Made by a program: the position numbers and the translations under genes. This document shows, piece by piece, positions 30,377 to 39,154 of a stretch of DNA of 64,000 nucleotides. Under the pieces are notes generated by a model. It was not told where the DNA came from, ran no database searches, and saw only the letters and a program-made list of their open reading frames with translations. Source of the stretch: an uncultured delta proteobacterium. GTDB taxonomy: Bacteria > Desulfobacterota > Desulfobacteria > Desulfobacterales > SpSt-501. Positions within the stretch are counted from its first letter, which is position 1, and each line of letters begins with the position of its first letter. Where the stretch lies: the NCBI GenBank assembly GCA_963791285.1, contig CAWBSC010000023.1, positions 259,818 through 323,817 on the forward strand, given 5' to 3'.

Positions 30377-33300
30377 GGGGCCGCTGCCCGGGTGGGGCCG
30401 CCGCCAGCGGGAGGCTGTGGGCGAAGACGGCCGATGGCTCGAGGACGCCGGCCGCCAGCTCGAGCAGGTGCCGGTGGTGGGTGAAGAAGATGACCTGGGT
30501 CCGGGCCGACAGCGCGGACAAGGCCTGCAGCGCGGCGGCCGCGCGCTCGTCGTCGAACGTGATGAGGATGTCGTCCACCACGAAGGGCATGGCCTCGTTC
30601 GCGTCGAGGTAGTGCTCCAACCCCGCGAGCCGCAACGCCAGGAACAGCTGGTCGGCCGTCCCGTCGCTCATGCCGTCCACCGCCACCGCCTCGCCGCCGC
30701 CCGGCCGCACGCCCGCGATCACCGGCTGGCCGTCGGCGCCGAGCTCCGCGCGCAGGCTGTCGAACGACCCGCAGGTGAGCTGCCGGAAGAGTGCGCTCGC
30801 GCGGCGCAGGATCGGCCCCTGGTTGCGCTCGCGGAAGCGCTCGATCGCGGTTGTCAGCACCCGGCTCGCGATCCGGATGCGCGCGTAGTGCTCCACGTCG
30901 CGCCCCATCCCGCCGAGGATGGACTGGATATCCTCCGCGATGCGGGCCGCCCGGTCGCTGCCGTCCATGCGGTTGAGCTCGGCGCGCTCGCTGCCGATCT
31001 GCTGATCGAGCTCGGATTTGCGGGTCGTGAGCTCTCGGATCTCATCCTGCAGCCGCCCGATCTCGCCGCCGATGCCGTCGGGGTCGACCGCGGCGACCTC
31101 CCGGACGAAGTCCTCGACCGCCGCCCCGCCGCCCAGCTGGAGCAGGCGCTCGGTCTCGCGCCCGAGCCGGGCCTCGAGGAGGCGCCTGTCGTCCGAACGC
31201 CGTTCGGCGTGGGGCAGCTCGGCCACCGTCGTGCAGCCCGCCTCCGCACACATGGCGGTCAGCACCGCGTGGGCTTCGGCAATCGCCGCCATGGTGTTCC
31301 GCAGCCGCTCTTCCGCCTCCTCGATCTGGCGGCCCAGCGCCGCCCGGCGCGACTGGGCCTCCCGCGCCGCCGTCAGCCGCCGCTGCAGCTCGAGCGCGGC
31401 CGGCTCCGCCGACGTACGGCTCAGGTCCCGGGCCACCTCGGCGGCGAGCAGGCTCACGTTCCGGCCGAACGCCTCCGCGTCGCGTTCGATCCCGTCCAGC
31501 CGCTGCTGCAGGACCTCGGCCTCTCTCAGGTGGTCGAAGAGCCGCTTCAGCTCCTCGATGACGGCGCCGGCTTCGGCCGGCCGGGCCTCCGCGCCGAGCC
31601 CGAGGGGCTTGACGGCCAGCGCCCAGTCCGTCTGCCAGCGCCTGAAATCGGACTCGTCGGACTGCCGGCGCGCCTCGGCGGCGGCGATCTCCACCCGAAG
31701 CCTCGCGCGCTCGCGTTCGAGCTCGTCCCGCCCGCGCGCGGCCTCGTCTTCGGACGCGACGAGCTCCCGCGCCCGGCGCACCAGTTCGGAGAGCACCTCC
31801 CCGGCCTCGACCGGCTCGCCCAGCGCGGCCAGCCCTTCCCCCACGCTGCGGCGGGCCGCGGCCACCTCGGCCTCCATGTGCGCGCAACGGGACCGGCGCT
31901 CGAGGGCGTGCACGGCCTGCGCGAGAGCGAGGGCGAACTGCGCCAGCCAGCGGCGCATTTCGCGGGGCGACCCGGGTCGCACCGGGACGTCCCGCCAGCG
32001 CGCGCCCCACTCCGCAGCGGTCGCGCGCAGCTCCGCCTGCACCGCGGCGAGCTCCTCGCGGAGCGCACCGCGCCGGGGGTGCAAACCGGAGCGGTCGGCC
32101 AGCAGCCGCGCCTTCTCCGCGACCCGGTCCGCCTCTCGCCGCAAGCGGTCCGACAGCGCGTCCGCGCTGCGCAGGGCGGTCTCGAAGCCTTCCGCGAGCG
32201 CGCCGGCCTGCGCCGGATCGGCAGGCGCTCCCTGCAGCCGGGCGCGAATCTCCCGCCAGCCGTCGTCGCGCGCCCGGCGCGCCGCCTGCAGGTCGGCCTC
32301 GGTCGGAACCTCCTGCTGCAGCCGGGACTCCTCGAGTCGGCGCTCGATCTCGGCCAGGCGCTCTTCCACCAGTCGGGCCTCTTCGGCGGCCGCCGCAGAT
32401 CGGTGCTCGAGCCGGTCGAAGCGGTCCTGGAACACCTGGACGGTCTCGTCCGCGGGCACCGGCAGGCGGGCGAGCTCGCGCAGCTCGGGGACGGCCAGGC
32501 CGAGCTGGGCGACGGCGTCGGCGCACCCGTTCAGCAGGATCTCGGCCTCCGCGCGCGCCGTCGGCAGCTGGCGCTCGACCGCCAGCGCCGGCTCGGCCGC
32601 GGCCACCCGTTGCCTCAGCTCCCCGACCGGCCGCGGGGCGGGCGCGGCGTCGAGAGCGGCCGCCACGCGGCCGGCCTGGCGTTCCAGATCCGGAGCCCGG
32701 CTGCGCGAGCTCTCGATCCGTCCGACGATGCGTTCGTACTCGGCCCCGAGCTCGTTGATCCGGACGGCCTCGGTCCTGCGGATGCGCAGCCGCTCCGACT
32801 CTTCCAGGGTCAGGTCCTCCCGCAGCGAGCGCAGAATCTGGCGGGCCTCGCCGCGCTGCGCGCTGCGCCGGGTTTCGAGGCCGATGCGGTCACGGGCGGC
32901 CTTGCGCTGGCTGCCGAGGTCCTGGTAGGCGTCCTCGACCCGCTCGGCGTAGCCCAGGACGGGCTCCGGTTCGCCCAGCTCGGCCAGCGCCGCGCGCAGG
33001 TTCGCCAGGGCGGACAGGGCCTGGTCGCGTTCGCTTTCCGCCACCTGCAGCCGCGTGAACGCCGGGCCGCGCCGATCCGCGAAGCCCTCCGGCAGCAGCA
33101 CCGCGTCGGCCACCGGCTGGAGGGCCTTGAGGGTTTCGCGGCGCGCGGCCATCACGGGGTGCGCCTCGGCGATGCGCTTCAAGCGGCTGAGGCGCTTCTG
33201 CGCCGACTGCAGGTCGCCTTCCGCCGCGGCCTTGGCCGCGAGCGCCGCAGACAGCTCGCGATCGTGCCGCGCCCACTCGGCCCCCATCAGCTGCACCGCG

Positions 33301-33893
33301 GCGAGCTCGGCGCGCCGCTGCTTCAGCTCGGAGACGGCCGCGTTGATCCGCTGCTTCTGCCCCGCGGGCCGGAAGAGCGCGTCCGCCTCGGCATTGAGCT
33401 GGTCCAGCACCCGGCCGAGCGGCGCGGATCCGCTGCCGGCGGCGAACAGGAGCCGGCCGAGGTCCCCGCCGCCCCGGACGACCTCGGTCCCGCCGGCGAC
33501 GAGGTCCTCATAGCCGATCCCGAACATGGTCGCAAAAAAACCGGCGTCCACGCCGTTCAGGAACCGCTGCAGCTCCGCGTCCGGCACGACGCTCTCGTCG
33601 GCCGCGCGCCGCAGCGTCCCGGCCCGCCCCTTGCGCCGCACGACGTCCAGAATGCTCCCGTCGGCGGAGCGCAGGACCCCGCCGATCCGCAGTTTCGGGA
33701 AGGGGTGGCGGAACGCGTCGGCGCTGCGCTCCGGGATGCCGTAGAGCAGGTGTCGCAGCGCGCGCAGCGCGGTGGTCTTGCCGGCTTCGTTGGGCCCGTA
33801 GACGATGTGCAGGCCGTGGTCGCCGCCGGAGAGGTCTATCGTCGCGTCCGTGAAGGGGCCGTAGGCCGCGAGATCGAGGCGCAGCACCTTCAT
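30366..33893 (-). CDS. SbcC/YhaN-like AAA ATPase with long coiled coil
   Basis: 1175 aa from MKVLRLDLAAYGPFTD...GPNEAGKTTALRAL (Walker A), through a very long Ala/Arg/Glu/Leu-rich coiled coil, to a C-terminal signature/Walker B region (MSDGTADQLFLALRLA...PFVVDDILITFD). The ATG overlaps the stop of the nuclease gene (ATGA). Confidence 0.8.
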   Translation of the reverse strand: MKVLRLDLAAYGPFTDATIDLSGGDHGLHIVYGPNEAGKTTALRALRHLLYGIPERSADAFRHPFPKLRIGGVLRSADGSILDVVRRKGRAGTLRRAADESVVPDAELQRFLNGVDAGFFATMFGIGYEDLVAGGTEVVRGGGDLGRLLFAAGSGSAPLGRVLDQLNAEADALFRPAGQKQRINAAVSELKQRRAELAAVQLMGAEWARHDRELSAALAAKAAAEGDLQSAQKRLSRLKRIAEAHPVMAARRETLKALQPVADAVLLPEGFADRRGPAFTRLQVAESERDQALSALANLRAALAELGEPEPVLGYAERVEDAYQDLGSQRKAARDRIGLETRRSAQRGEARQILRSLREDLTLEESERLRIRRTEAVRINELGAEYERIVGRIESSRSRAPDLERQAGRVAAALDAAPAPRPVGELRQRVAAAEPALAVERQLPTARAEAEILLNGCADAVAQLGLAVPELRELARLPVPADETVQVFQDRFDRLEHRSAAAAEEARLVEERLAEIERRLEESRLQQEVPTEADLQAARRARDDGWREIRARLQGAPADPAQAGALAEGFETALRSADALSDRLRREADRVAEKARLLADRSGLHPRRGALREELAAVQAELRATAAEWGARWRDVPVRPGSPREMRRWLAQFALALAQAVHALERRSRCAHMEAEVAAARRSVGEGLAALGEPVEAGEVLSELVRRARELVASEDEAARGRDELERERARLRVEIAAAEARRQSDESDFRRWQTDWALAVKPLGLGAEARPAEAGAVIEELKRLFDHLREAEVLQQRLDGIERDAEAFGRNVSLLAAEVARDLSRTSAEPAALELQRRLTAAREAQSRRAALGRQIEEAEERLRNTMAAIAEAHAVLTAMCAEAGCTTVAELPHAERRSDDRRLLEARLGRETERLLQLGGGAAVEDFVREVAAVDPDGIGGEIGRLQDEIRELTTRKSELDQQIGSERAELNRMDGSDRAARIAEDIQSILGGMGRDVEHYARIRIASRVLTTAIERFRERNQGPILRRASALFRQLTCGSFDSLRAELGADGQPVIAGVRPGGGEAVAVDGMSDGTADQLFLALRLAGLEHYLDANEAMPFVVDDILITFDDERAAAALQALSALSARTQVIFFTHHRHLLELAAGVLEPSAVFAHSLPLAAAPPGQRPLRM

Positions 33894-35152
33894 CCGTCGT
33901 CCCCCGCCTTCATCAGCCGGCGCACGAGCATGGACCGGGACTCCGCCAGCAGACCGGCCAGCCGGCCGGGGGAGTCGGGAGTCCACCCCTCCGCCCCATC
34001 CCGGAATTCCCGCGGCAGCTTTTTCTCCAGATCGCTCAGCTCCGCGGCCAGCGCACCCAGCGCGGCGGGATCGGACCCGATCTCGTCGATCAGGCTCATC
34101 AGCTCGCCCACCGCGCCGTCCGGAGGCAGGTCGTCGGTCAAACTCCGCGCGCGCGTGCCCAGCCTGACCTTCTCCACCCACAGGCGCTCGCCCCCGTCTT
34201 CGGCCGCGGCCGCACGGATCTCGTTCTCCCATCGTTCCGGGTCGGACATGAGGTCGTCGTGCGCCGGGGTGGCGCCTTCGACCCGCACGCGCACGACCGT
34301 GAGCCCTTCCGGGTTCGCGGCCAGGAGCGCGGGGATGCCGCGACGGAAGCGGTCGACGAGGTCGTAGGCGATGTCGCTGCCGGCCGCGTCGACGGCCACC
34401 GCCGCCCAGCGCACGACATCCAGCGGCCGGAAGTCGATCGCCGCCCGCCCGGCATCGTCCACGGTAACGAGGATGCAGCCCTTGGCGCCGGTCTCGCGCG
34501 CGTGCCGGCCCTGGGTGTTCCCGGGGAAGACGACGAGCGGCTCCGCGCTCAGGACCTCGCGCTGGTGCACGTGCCCGAGGGCCCAGTAGTCGTAGCCCTT
34601 CTCGCGCAAGGCGGCGAGGGTGCACGGCGCGTAGGGCTCGTGGCCCTCCCGCCCGTTCACGCCGGTGTGGAGCAGGCCCACGTTGAAACAGCCGGGCACC
34701 GGCGCCGGGTACCCCCGGCTCAGGTCCGCGCGCACGGCCGGGGAGCCGAAGCTCTGCCCGTGCACGGCGACGTTCACGGACTCGATCCGGAAGGTGTCGG
34801 GCCGGTCGTGCGGGAAGACCCGTGCGTTGTCGGGCAGGCGCAGGCTGCGGGAGATGCTGCTGGCGGCGTCGTGGTTGCCGGCCGCGAGGATCACGGGGAT
34901 CCCGGCCTCGCGCAGCCGCGCGATGCGGGAGGCGAAGTGCAGGCCCGTGTTGTAGTCCTTCCAGTCGCCGTCGTAGATGTCCCCGGCGAGCACGACGAAG
35001 TCGACCTTCTCCGCCAGCGCCGTCTGCACGAGGTTTTCGAACGCCCGCCGCGTGGCGCCCCGGATTTCCGCGGCCGGCGCGCCCTCGTAGACGTCGAGCC
35101 GCAGCAGCGGGCTGTCGAGGTGGATGTCGGCGGCGTGCAGGAACTTGAACAC
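33890..35152 (-). CDS. SbcD/YhaO-like metallophosphoesterase (DNA repair exonuclease)
   Basis: 420 aa with calcineurin-like motifs (FLHAADIHLDSP, LAGDIYDG, AAGNHD, GHVH). Confidence 0.85.
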   Translation of the reverse strand: MFKFLHAADIHLDSPLLRLDVYEGAPAAEIRGATRRAFENLVQTALAEKVDFVVLAGDIYDGDWKDYNTGLHFASRIARLREAGIPVILAAGNHDAASSISRSLRLPDNARVFPHDRPDTFRIESVNVAVHGQSFGSPAVRADLSRGYPAPVPGCFNVGLLHTGVNGREGHEPYAPCTLAALREKGYDYWALGHVHQREVLSAEPLVVFPGNTQGRHARETGAKGCILVTVDDAGRAAIDFRPLDVVRWAAVAVDAAGSDIAYDLVDRFRRGIPALLAANPEGLTVVRVRVEGATPAHDDLMSDPERWENEIRAAAAEDGGERLWVEKVRLGTRARSLTDDLPPDGAVGELMSLIDEIGSDPAALGALAAELSDLEKKLPREFRDGAEGWTPDSPGRLAGLLAESRSMLVRRLMKAGDDG

Positions 35153-35430
35153 CGGTAGGCTCTCCTTGTCGGTTCGGGATAGTCTTTCAATTCGTGCACC
35201 CGACGGCTACCACTAATGCAGGCAGCAGGCAAGCGCCACGCTGACGGCTCCATCGCCGGCTCACGGCAGCGGCCGGCCCCCCTCCCCCGTCCGAAGGTCG
35301 GGCCCGGAGCGGCCACCTTCCTGTTTTGATTGCTCCTGCTCGGTCTTGGCGCTCCGGCTTCAGTCAAACACATGACCGCCAAGGTTCCCCCTGAAACGTG
35401 ATAGGCGCGCCTCAACCTCGTCCAACCGAT

Positions 35431-35578
35431 TAGAACCCCTCTCCAAAATGCATCTGACGGCCGCATGCGGCGTTGCCGGCCGCCTCAACCTGCTCACATA
35501 CTGTACCGTATGCTGCGCGGTCTCGGCGACCGGCGCCTTGCCTGCGACCGTGATCTGCTATTTTTGAGATGGGTTCTA
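35431..35578 (+). repeat. palindromic MITE-like repeat, subfamily B
   Basis: Core is near-identical to 6790-6905. Terminal inverted repeats are TAGAACCCCTCTCCAAAAT and ATTTTTGAGATGGGTTCTA. Confidence 0.85.
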
Positions 35579-35691
35579 TCCTTCTGAAGCATTCCCACCC
35601 CCCGCGCAACTTGTCTTGCCAGCCTTGGGTTTGCTAATTAAAAGGACATAGCACCGCGTTACGGCAACGTCTGTCCTCGAGAGGAGAAGAG

Positions 35692-36714
35692 ATGACTTCC
35701 GGATGGCTGTGGTTTGGGTTCAACGCATTCGTCGTGCTGATGCTCGCGCTGGATCTCGGGGTGTTCCACCGCAAGGCGCACGCGGTGGCGTTCAAGGAAG
35801 CGATGATATGGACGCTGGTCTGGGTGGCGTGCGCGCTGGGCTTCAACCTCTGGATCTGGCAATCCCCCGCCTTCTTCTTCCCCGTAGAGATGCTGCAGGA
35901 CTCCATCGCCGCAGGCCTGCTGCCGAAGGGTGCGACGATCGCGGACCTCGGTGACCAACGGGCGCTCGAGTTTTTGACCGGATACCTGATCGAGAAAAGC
36001 CTAAGCATCGATAATGTTTTTATTTTCGCGATGACTTTTTCATACTTCGCCGTCGCCCCGGCCTTTCAGCACAAAGTGCTGTTCTGGGGGATCCTCGGGG
36101 CCTTGATCATGCGGGCCGTCATGATCTTCGCCGGGGCGGCGCTCATCCGCGAGTTCACGTGGGTGGTCTACCCCTTCGGGTTGTTCCTATGCCTGACCGG
36201 CATCAAAATGGTCGTCAAGAAGGAAGGGAAGTTCGAGCCCGACAACAATGTGCTGGTGCGCGGGTTCAAGCGGATCATGCCGGTGACCCCCGATTACCGC
36301 GGCGACCGGTTCTTCGTGGCCGAAAACGGGGTGCGGCACGCCACCCCGCTTTTCATCGTGCTCTTGGTCGTCGAGTTCACGGACGTGATCTTTGCGGTGG
36401 ATTCGATTCCAGCGATCTTCGCGATCACGACCGACGAGTTCATCGTGTACACCTCGAACGTGTTTGCCATCCTCGGCCTGCGCTCACTCTACTTCGTCCT
36501 GGCAGGCATGATGGAGAAGTTCCACCTTCTGAAAATGGGGCTGGGGTTCGTTTTGGTGTTCGTCGGCATCAAGATGTGCCTGGGGCACACCGCCTACAAG
36601 ATCCCGACGGGTGTTTCCCTGGGGGTGGTGGTAATCATCCTGGCGGCTGCCGTCGCGGCTTCGCTGCTCTTCCCAAAACGAGCCCATTCCGAAGCGCCTC
36701 GTCGGCCGGAATAA
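35692..36714 (+). CDS. TerC-family integral membrane protein (Alx/YkoY-like)
   Basis: 340 aa with TGYLIEKSLSIDNVFIF and FAVDSIPAIFAIT repeats. GAGAGGAG RBS is present. Confidence 0.85.
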   Translation: MTSGWLWFGFNAFVVLMLALDLGVFHRKAHAVAFKEAMIWTLVWVACALGFNLWIWQSPAFFFPVEMLQDSIAAGLLPKGATIADLGDQRALEFLTGYLIEKSLSIDNVFIFAMTFSYFAVAPAFQHKVLFWGILGALIMRAVMIFAGAALIREFTWVVYPFGLFLCLTGIKMVVKKEGKFEPDNNVLVRGFKRIMPVTPDYRGDRFFVAENGVRHATPLFIVLLVVEFTDVIFAVDSIPAIFAITTDEFIVYTSNVFAILGLRSLYFVLAGMMEKFHLLKMGLGFVLVFVGIKMCLGHTAYKIPTGVSLGVVVIILAAAVAASLLFPKRAHSEAPRRPE

Positions 36715-36868
36715 ACGAAGGATTCCTCCGACCGCACCGGCCGGCGCAAGGTGGATGGAGCGGGATCAGGTTGAGCCGGTAATTCAGCCCGCGAGATAAA
36801 TACGGCATTGCAATCATGCGCCCGCCTGGAGTAGTTGTTCTGCGAACCGCTCGTAAGGGAGGACCGCG

Positions 36869-37696
36869 ATGAGGTGGAAACAGTTTCTGACCCCCGTGGA
36901 ATCGATGGACCCGGCCTTGGCCCGCGAAACGCTCGCGCGCCAGGGCGGGGCGTTCACCCTGCTCGACGTGCGGCAGCCCGAGGAGTACGCATCCGAGCAC
37001 CTGCCCGGCGCGACGCTCATCCCGCTGCCCGAGCTGAGCAGCCGCCTGGCCGAGCTCGACCCCGGCCGGCCGACCATCGTCTACTGCGCCATCGGCGGGC
37101 GCAGCCGCATCGCGGCGCAGATGCTCGCGGGCAAAGGCTGGGAGAAGGTATTCAACCTCTCCGGCGGCATCAAGGCCTGGCAGGACGAGAAAGCGGCCGG
37201 CCCCGAGGATGTCGGCATGCACCTCTTCTCCGGGTTGGAGTCGGCCGAGGAGACGCTGGTCGCGGCCTGGGCCCTCGAGGAGGGCCTGCGCGCCTTCTAC
37301 GAATCCATGACCGCAACGGTGCGCAGCGAGGCGGCCGGGCGCCTCTTCCGCCAGCTCGCGGGGATCGAAGTCAAGCATCAGGAGCGCATTCTAACCGAAT
37401 ACCAAAAGGTGTCGGGCCGGGCGCTGTCGCGCGCGGAGTTCGACCGCACCGTCGTGAGCCCGGCCATGGAGGGCGGGATGCCGACCGAGGACTACCTCGA
37501 ACGCTACCACCCGGACATGGAGTCGCCGGCGGACATCGTCTCGCTCGCCATGGCCATCGAGGCTCAGGCGCTCGACCTCTACCAGCGGGCCGCCGCGCGG
37601 GCGTCGGCGGACACGCGCGCGGTCCTGTCGCAGATCGCCGACGAGGAGCGCGCGCACCTCGAGCAGCTGGGCAGGCTTTTCCGCAACCCGATGTGA
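36869..37696 (+). CDS. rhodanese domain fused to a ferritin-like (rubrerythrin-type) domain
   Basis: The N-terminal rhodanese domain has the active-site loop YCAIGGRS. The C-terminal four-helix part has E..H pairs (IEVKHQERI and ADEERAHLEQL). Confidence 0.7.
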   Translation: MRWKQFLTPVESMDPALARETLARQGGAFTLLDVRQPEEYASEHLPGATLIPLPELSSRLAELDPGRPTIVYCAIGGRSRIAAQMLAGKGWEKVFNLSGGIKAWQDEKAAGPEDVGMHLFSGLESAEETLVAAWALEEGLRAFYESMTATVRSEAAGRLFRQLAGIEVKHQERILTEYQKVSGRALSRAEFDRTVVSPAMEGGMPTEDYLERYHPDMESPADIVSLAMAIEAQALDLYQRAAARASADTRAVLSQIADEERAHLEQLGRLFRNPM

Positions 37697-37707
37697 CGGA
37701 GGCAGGC

Positions 37708-38271
37708 ATGCGAGGGGACGATCCGGGCGTTTCGAACGTGGCGGTGACCCTGGCCGACGAGTCCAAGACCCGTCTCAACCGGCTGCGGGGTGACGCCGTC
37801 CTGGTGCTGGTCTTCCTGCGCCACTTCGGCTGACCGTTCTGCCGCGCGCAGGTAGCGCAGTTGCGCTCCGAGGAAAACCGCTTTCGAGCGGCGGGCGCCC
37901 GCATCGTGCTGGTGGGGATGGGATCCCCCCCGGAGTGCCGGGCCTTTCTGCAGAAGTTCGACGTGCCCTTCCCCATGATCGCCGACCCCGAACGCGAGCT
38001 CTACCGGCGCTTTCACCTCGAGCGCATGTCCCCGCTGCGGGTCCTGTCGCCGGGCATGCTGGTCAAGGGGGTCGCGGCCCTCTCGAGAGGCCACCTGCCG
38101 GGGGTCCCTCAGGGCGACGTGCTGCAGCTGCCGGGGGTCTTCGTCATCGGCGCGGAAGACCGCGTGTGCCGGGCCTTCGCCCCGGCCGACCCCGCCGGCC
38201 ACCCGTCGCCCGACGACATCCTGAAGGCCGTCGCGGACTGCCCCGGGGGCCCAGCGCCGCCCCGGCCCTGA
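37708..38271 (+). CDS. peroxiredoxin-like (PRX_like2/AhpC-TSA fold) protein with in-frame TGA, probable selenoprotein (UPFC motif)
   Basis: The ATG at 37708 has a GGAGG RBS. It reads ...VLVLVFLRHFG-TGA(37831-37833)-PFCRAQVAQLRSEENRFRAAGARIVLVG... in a single frame. The TGA replaces the first Cys of the family's CxxC motif. Confidence 0.7.
37834..37870 (+). promoter_or_regulatory. candidate bacterial SECIS hairpin
   Basis: GCGCAG (37846-37851) pairs with UUGCGC (37861-37866). The 9-nt apical loop GUAGCGCAG starts 19 nt after the UGA. An alternative pairing is CUGC(C)GC/GCGCAG. Confidence 0.45.
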
Positions 38272-38293
38272 TCATTTCTCGGAATTTCTATGA

Positions 38294-39016
38294 TTATTTC
38301 CGCGTCAGGCGGCGGCGCAGTTCGGCGATCCGGTTCTGCGACTCGGCGCGGGCCGCGCGCAGCGACTCGACCGAAACCTGCGGCCGGCGCAGCGCTGCGA
38401 GCACCACCTCCTCCGCGGCGATGAACTCGTCGCCGGCGTCCGCGACCTCGGAGGCGATCGCAACCGGTATGCCGGTGACGCCGTTGCGGTCGGCGTGCAG
38501 CAGGTCGTTGGGATAGACGGCCAGGCCGCCCACGTGCACGGGCACGTGGATCTGCGGGATGTGGACGTAGCCGTGCGAGCAGTTGGCCCCGCTGGTGAAG
38601 ACGGGGAAACCGATCGTGTGCACCTGGTCCAGGTCCCGGCCGGTGCCGCTCGTGACGAGCCCCTGCGCGCCGAACGTCTTGTAGACCGTGCACATGATCT
38701 CGCCGAAGGTCGCGGCGACCGAGGGGCTGTCGAGGTCCTGGAAGACGACGATCGGGGGGCCGTCCAGCTCCCCGAAGCGGGCGACCTGCGCGTCGAGGCC
38801 GGCGTACGCGTCCCCCTTGCCCGGCGGCGCGGAGGCGCGGAAGGTGGCCGTCGCGGCGAAGCCCACGATCGGCGGCAGGTCGGGGAAGCAGGCCCGGATG
38901 CGCTCGTCCATGTAGCCCGTGTTGCGCGGCCTCACGTCGAAGAGCTCGATCACGTTGCAGATCGTCGGTGTGTCGAACCGGCGCAGTTTGTCCAGCACTT
39001 CCGGTGAAATCTTCAT
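38294..39016 (-). CDS. RraA-family protein (class II 4-hydroxy-2-oxoacid aldolase / oxaloacetate decarboxylase-like)
   Basis: 240 aa from MKISPEVLDKLRRFDTPTICNV, with GEIMCTVYKTFGAQGLVTSGTGRD. AGGAG RBS is present. The ORF-track N-terminal extension reads through the REP element. Confidence 0.75.
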   Translation of the reverse strand: MKISPEVLDKLRRFDTPTICNVIELFDVRPRNTGYMDERIRACFPDLPPIVGFAATATFRASAPPGKGDAYAGLDAQVARFGELDGPPIVVFQDLDSPSVAATFGEIMCTVYKTFGAQGLVTSGTGRDLDQVHTIGFPVFTSGANCSHGYVHIPQIHVPVHVGGLAVYPNDLLHADRNGVTGIPVAIASEVADAGDEFIAAEEVVLAALRRPQVSVESLRAARAESQNRIAELRRRLTRK

Positions 39017-39071
39017 AAGAGCTCCTGTTTTGATCGTGTGTTTTCGCTCGACAGGCAAGAGCTCCAGAGGA

Positions 39072-39098
39072 CATCGCGGCTGGAAAGCCGCTCCCACA
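39072..39098 (-). repeat. REP-like 27-nt element (exact inverse of 1712-1738)
   Basis: CATCGCGGCTGGAAAGCCGCTCCCACA. Confidence 0.75.
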
Positions 39099-39126
39099 AA
39101 GAAGACGGGTGGTCTTTTCCCTCGGT

Positions 39127-39153
39127 CCCTTGACCCCTGGACCCCTTGGCCCC
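39127..39153 (-). repeat. canonical G-quadruplex motif on the mRNA-sense strand, 1 nt after the ilvD stop
   Basis: The minus strand reads GGGG-CCAA-GGGG-TCCA-GGGG-TCAA-GGG. Confidence 0.75.
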
Positions 39154-39154
39154 T

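Noticed and set aside
33894-34625. 244-codon N-terminal extension of the SbcC-like ORF (1419 aa in the track)
   Set aside because: The extension overlaps the SbcD-like gene in another frame and is Arg/Gly/Pro-rich. The family N-terminus MKVLRLDL...GPNEAGKTT starts at 33893, with an ATGA overlap to the upstream stop.
35579-35691. Possible yybP-ykoY (Mn) or alx-type riboswitch in the leader of the TerC-family gene
   Set aside because: TerC/Alx genes often carry this riboswitch. I could not find the conserved GGGGAGUAG or UUGACAU/GAGA elements in the leader; the nearest is AAAGGACAUAGC. A covariance-model scan would be needed.
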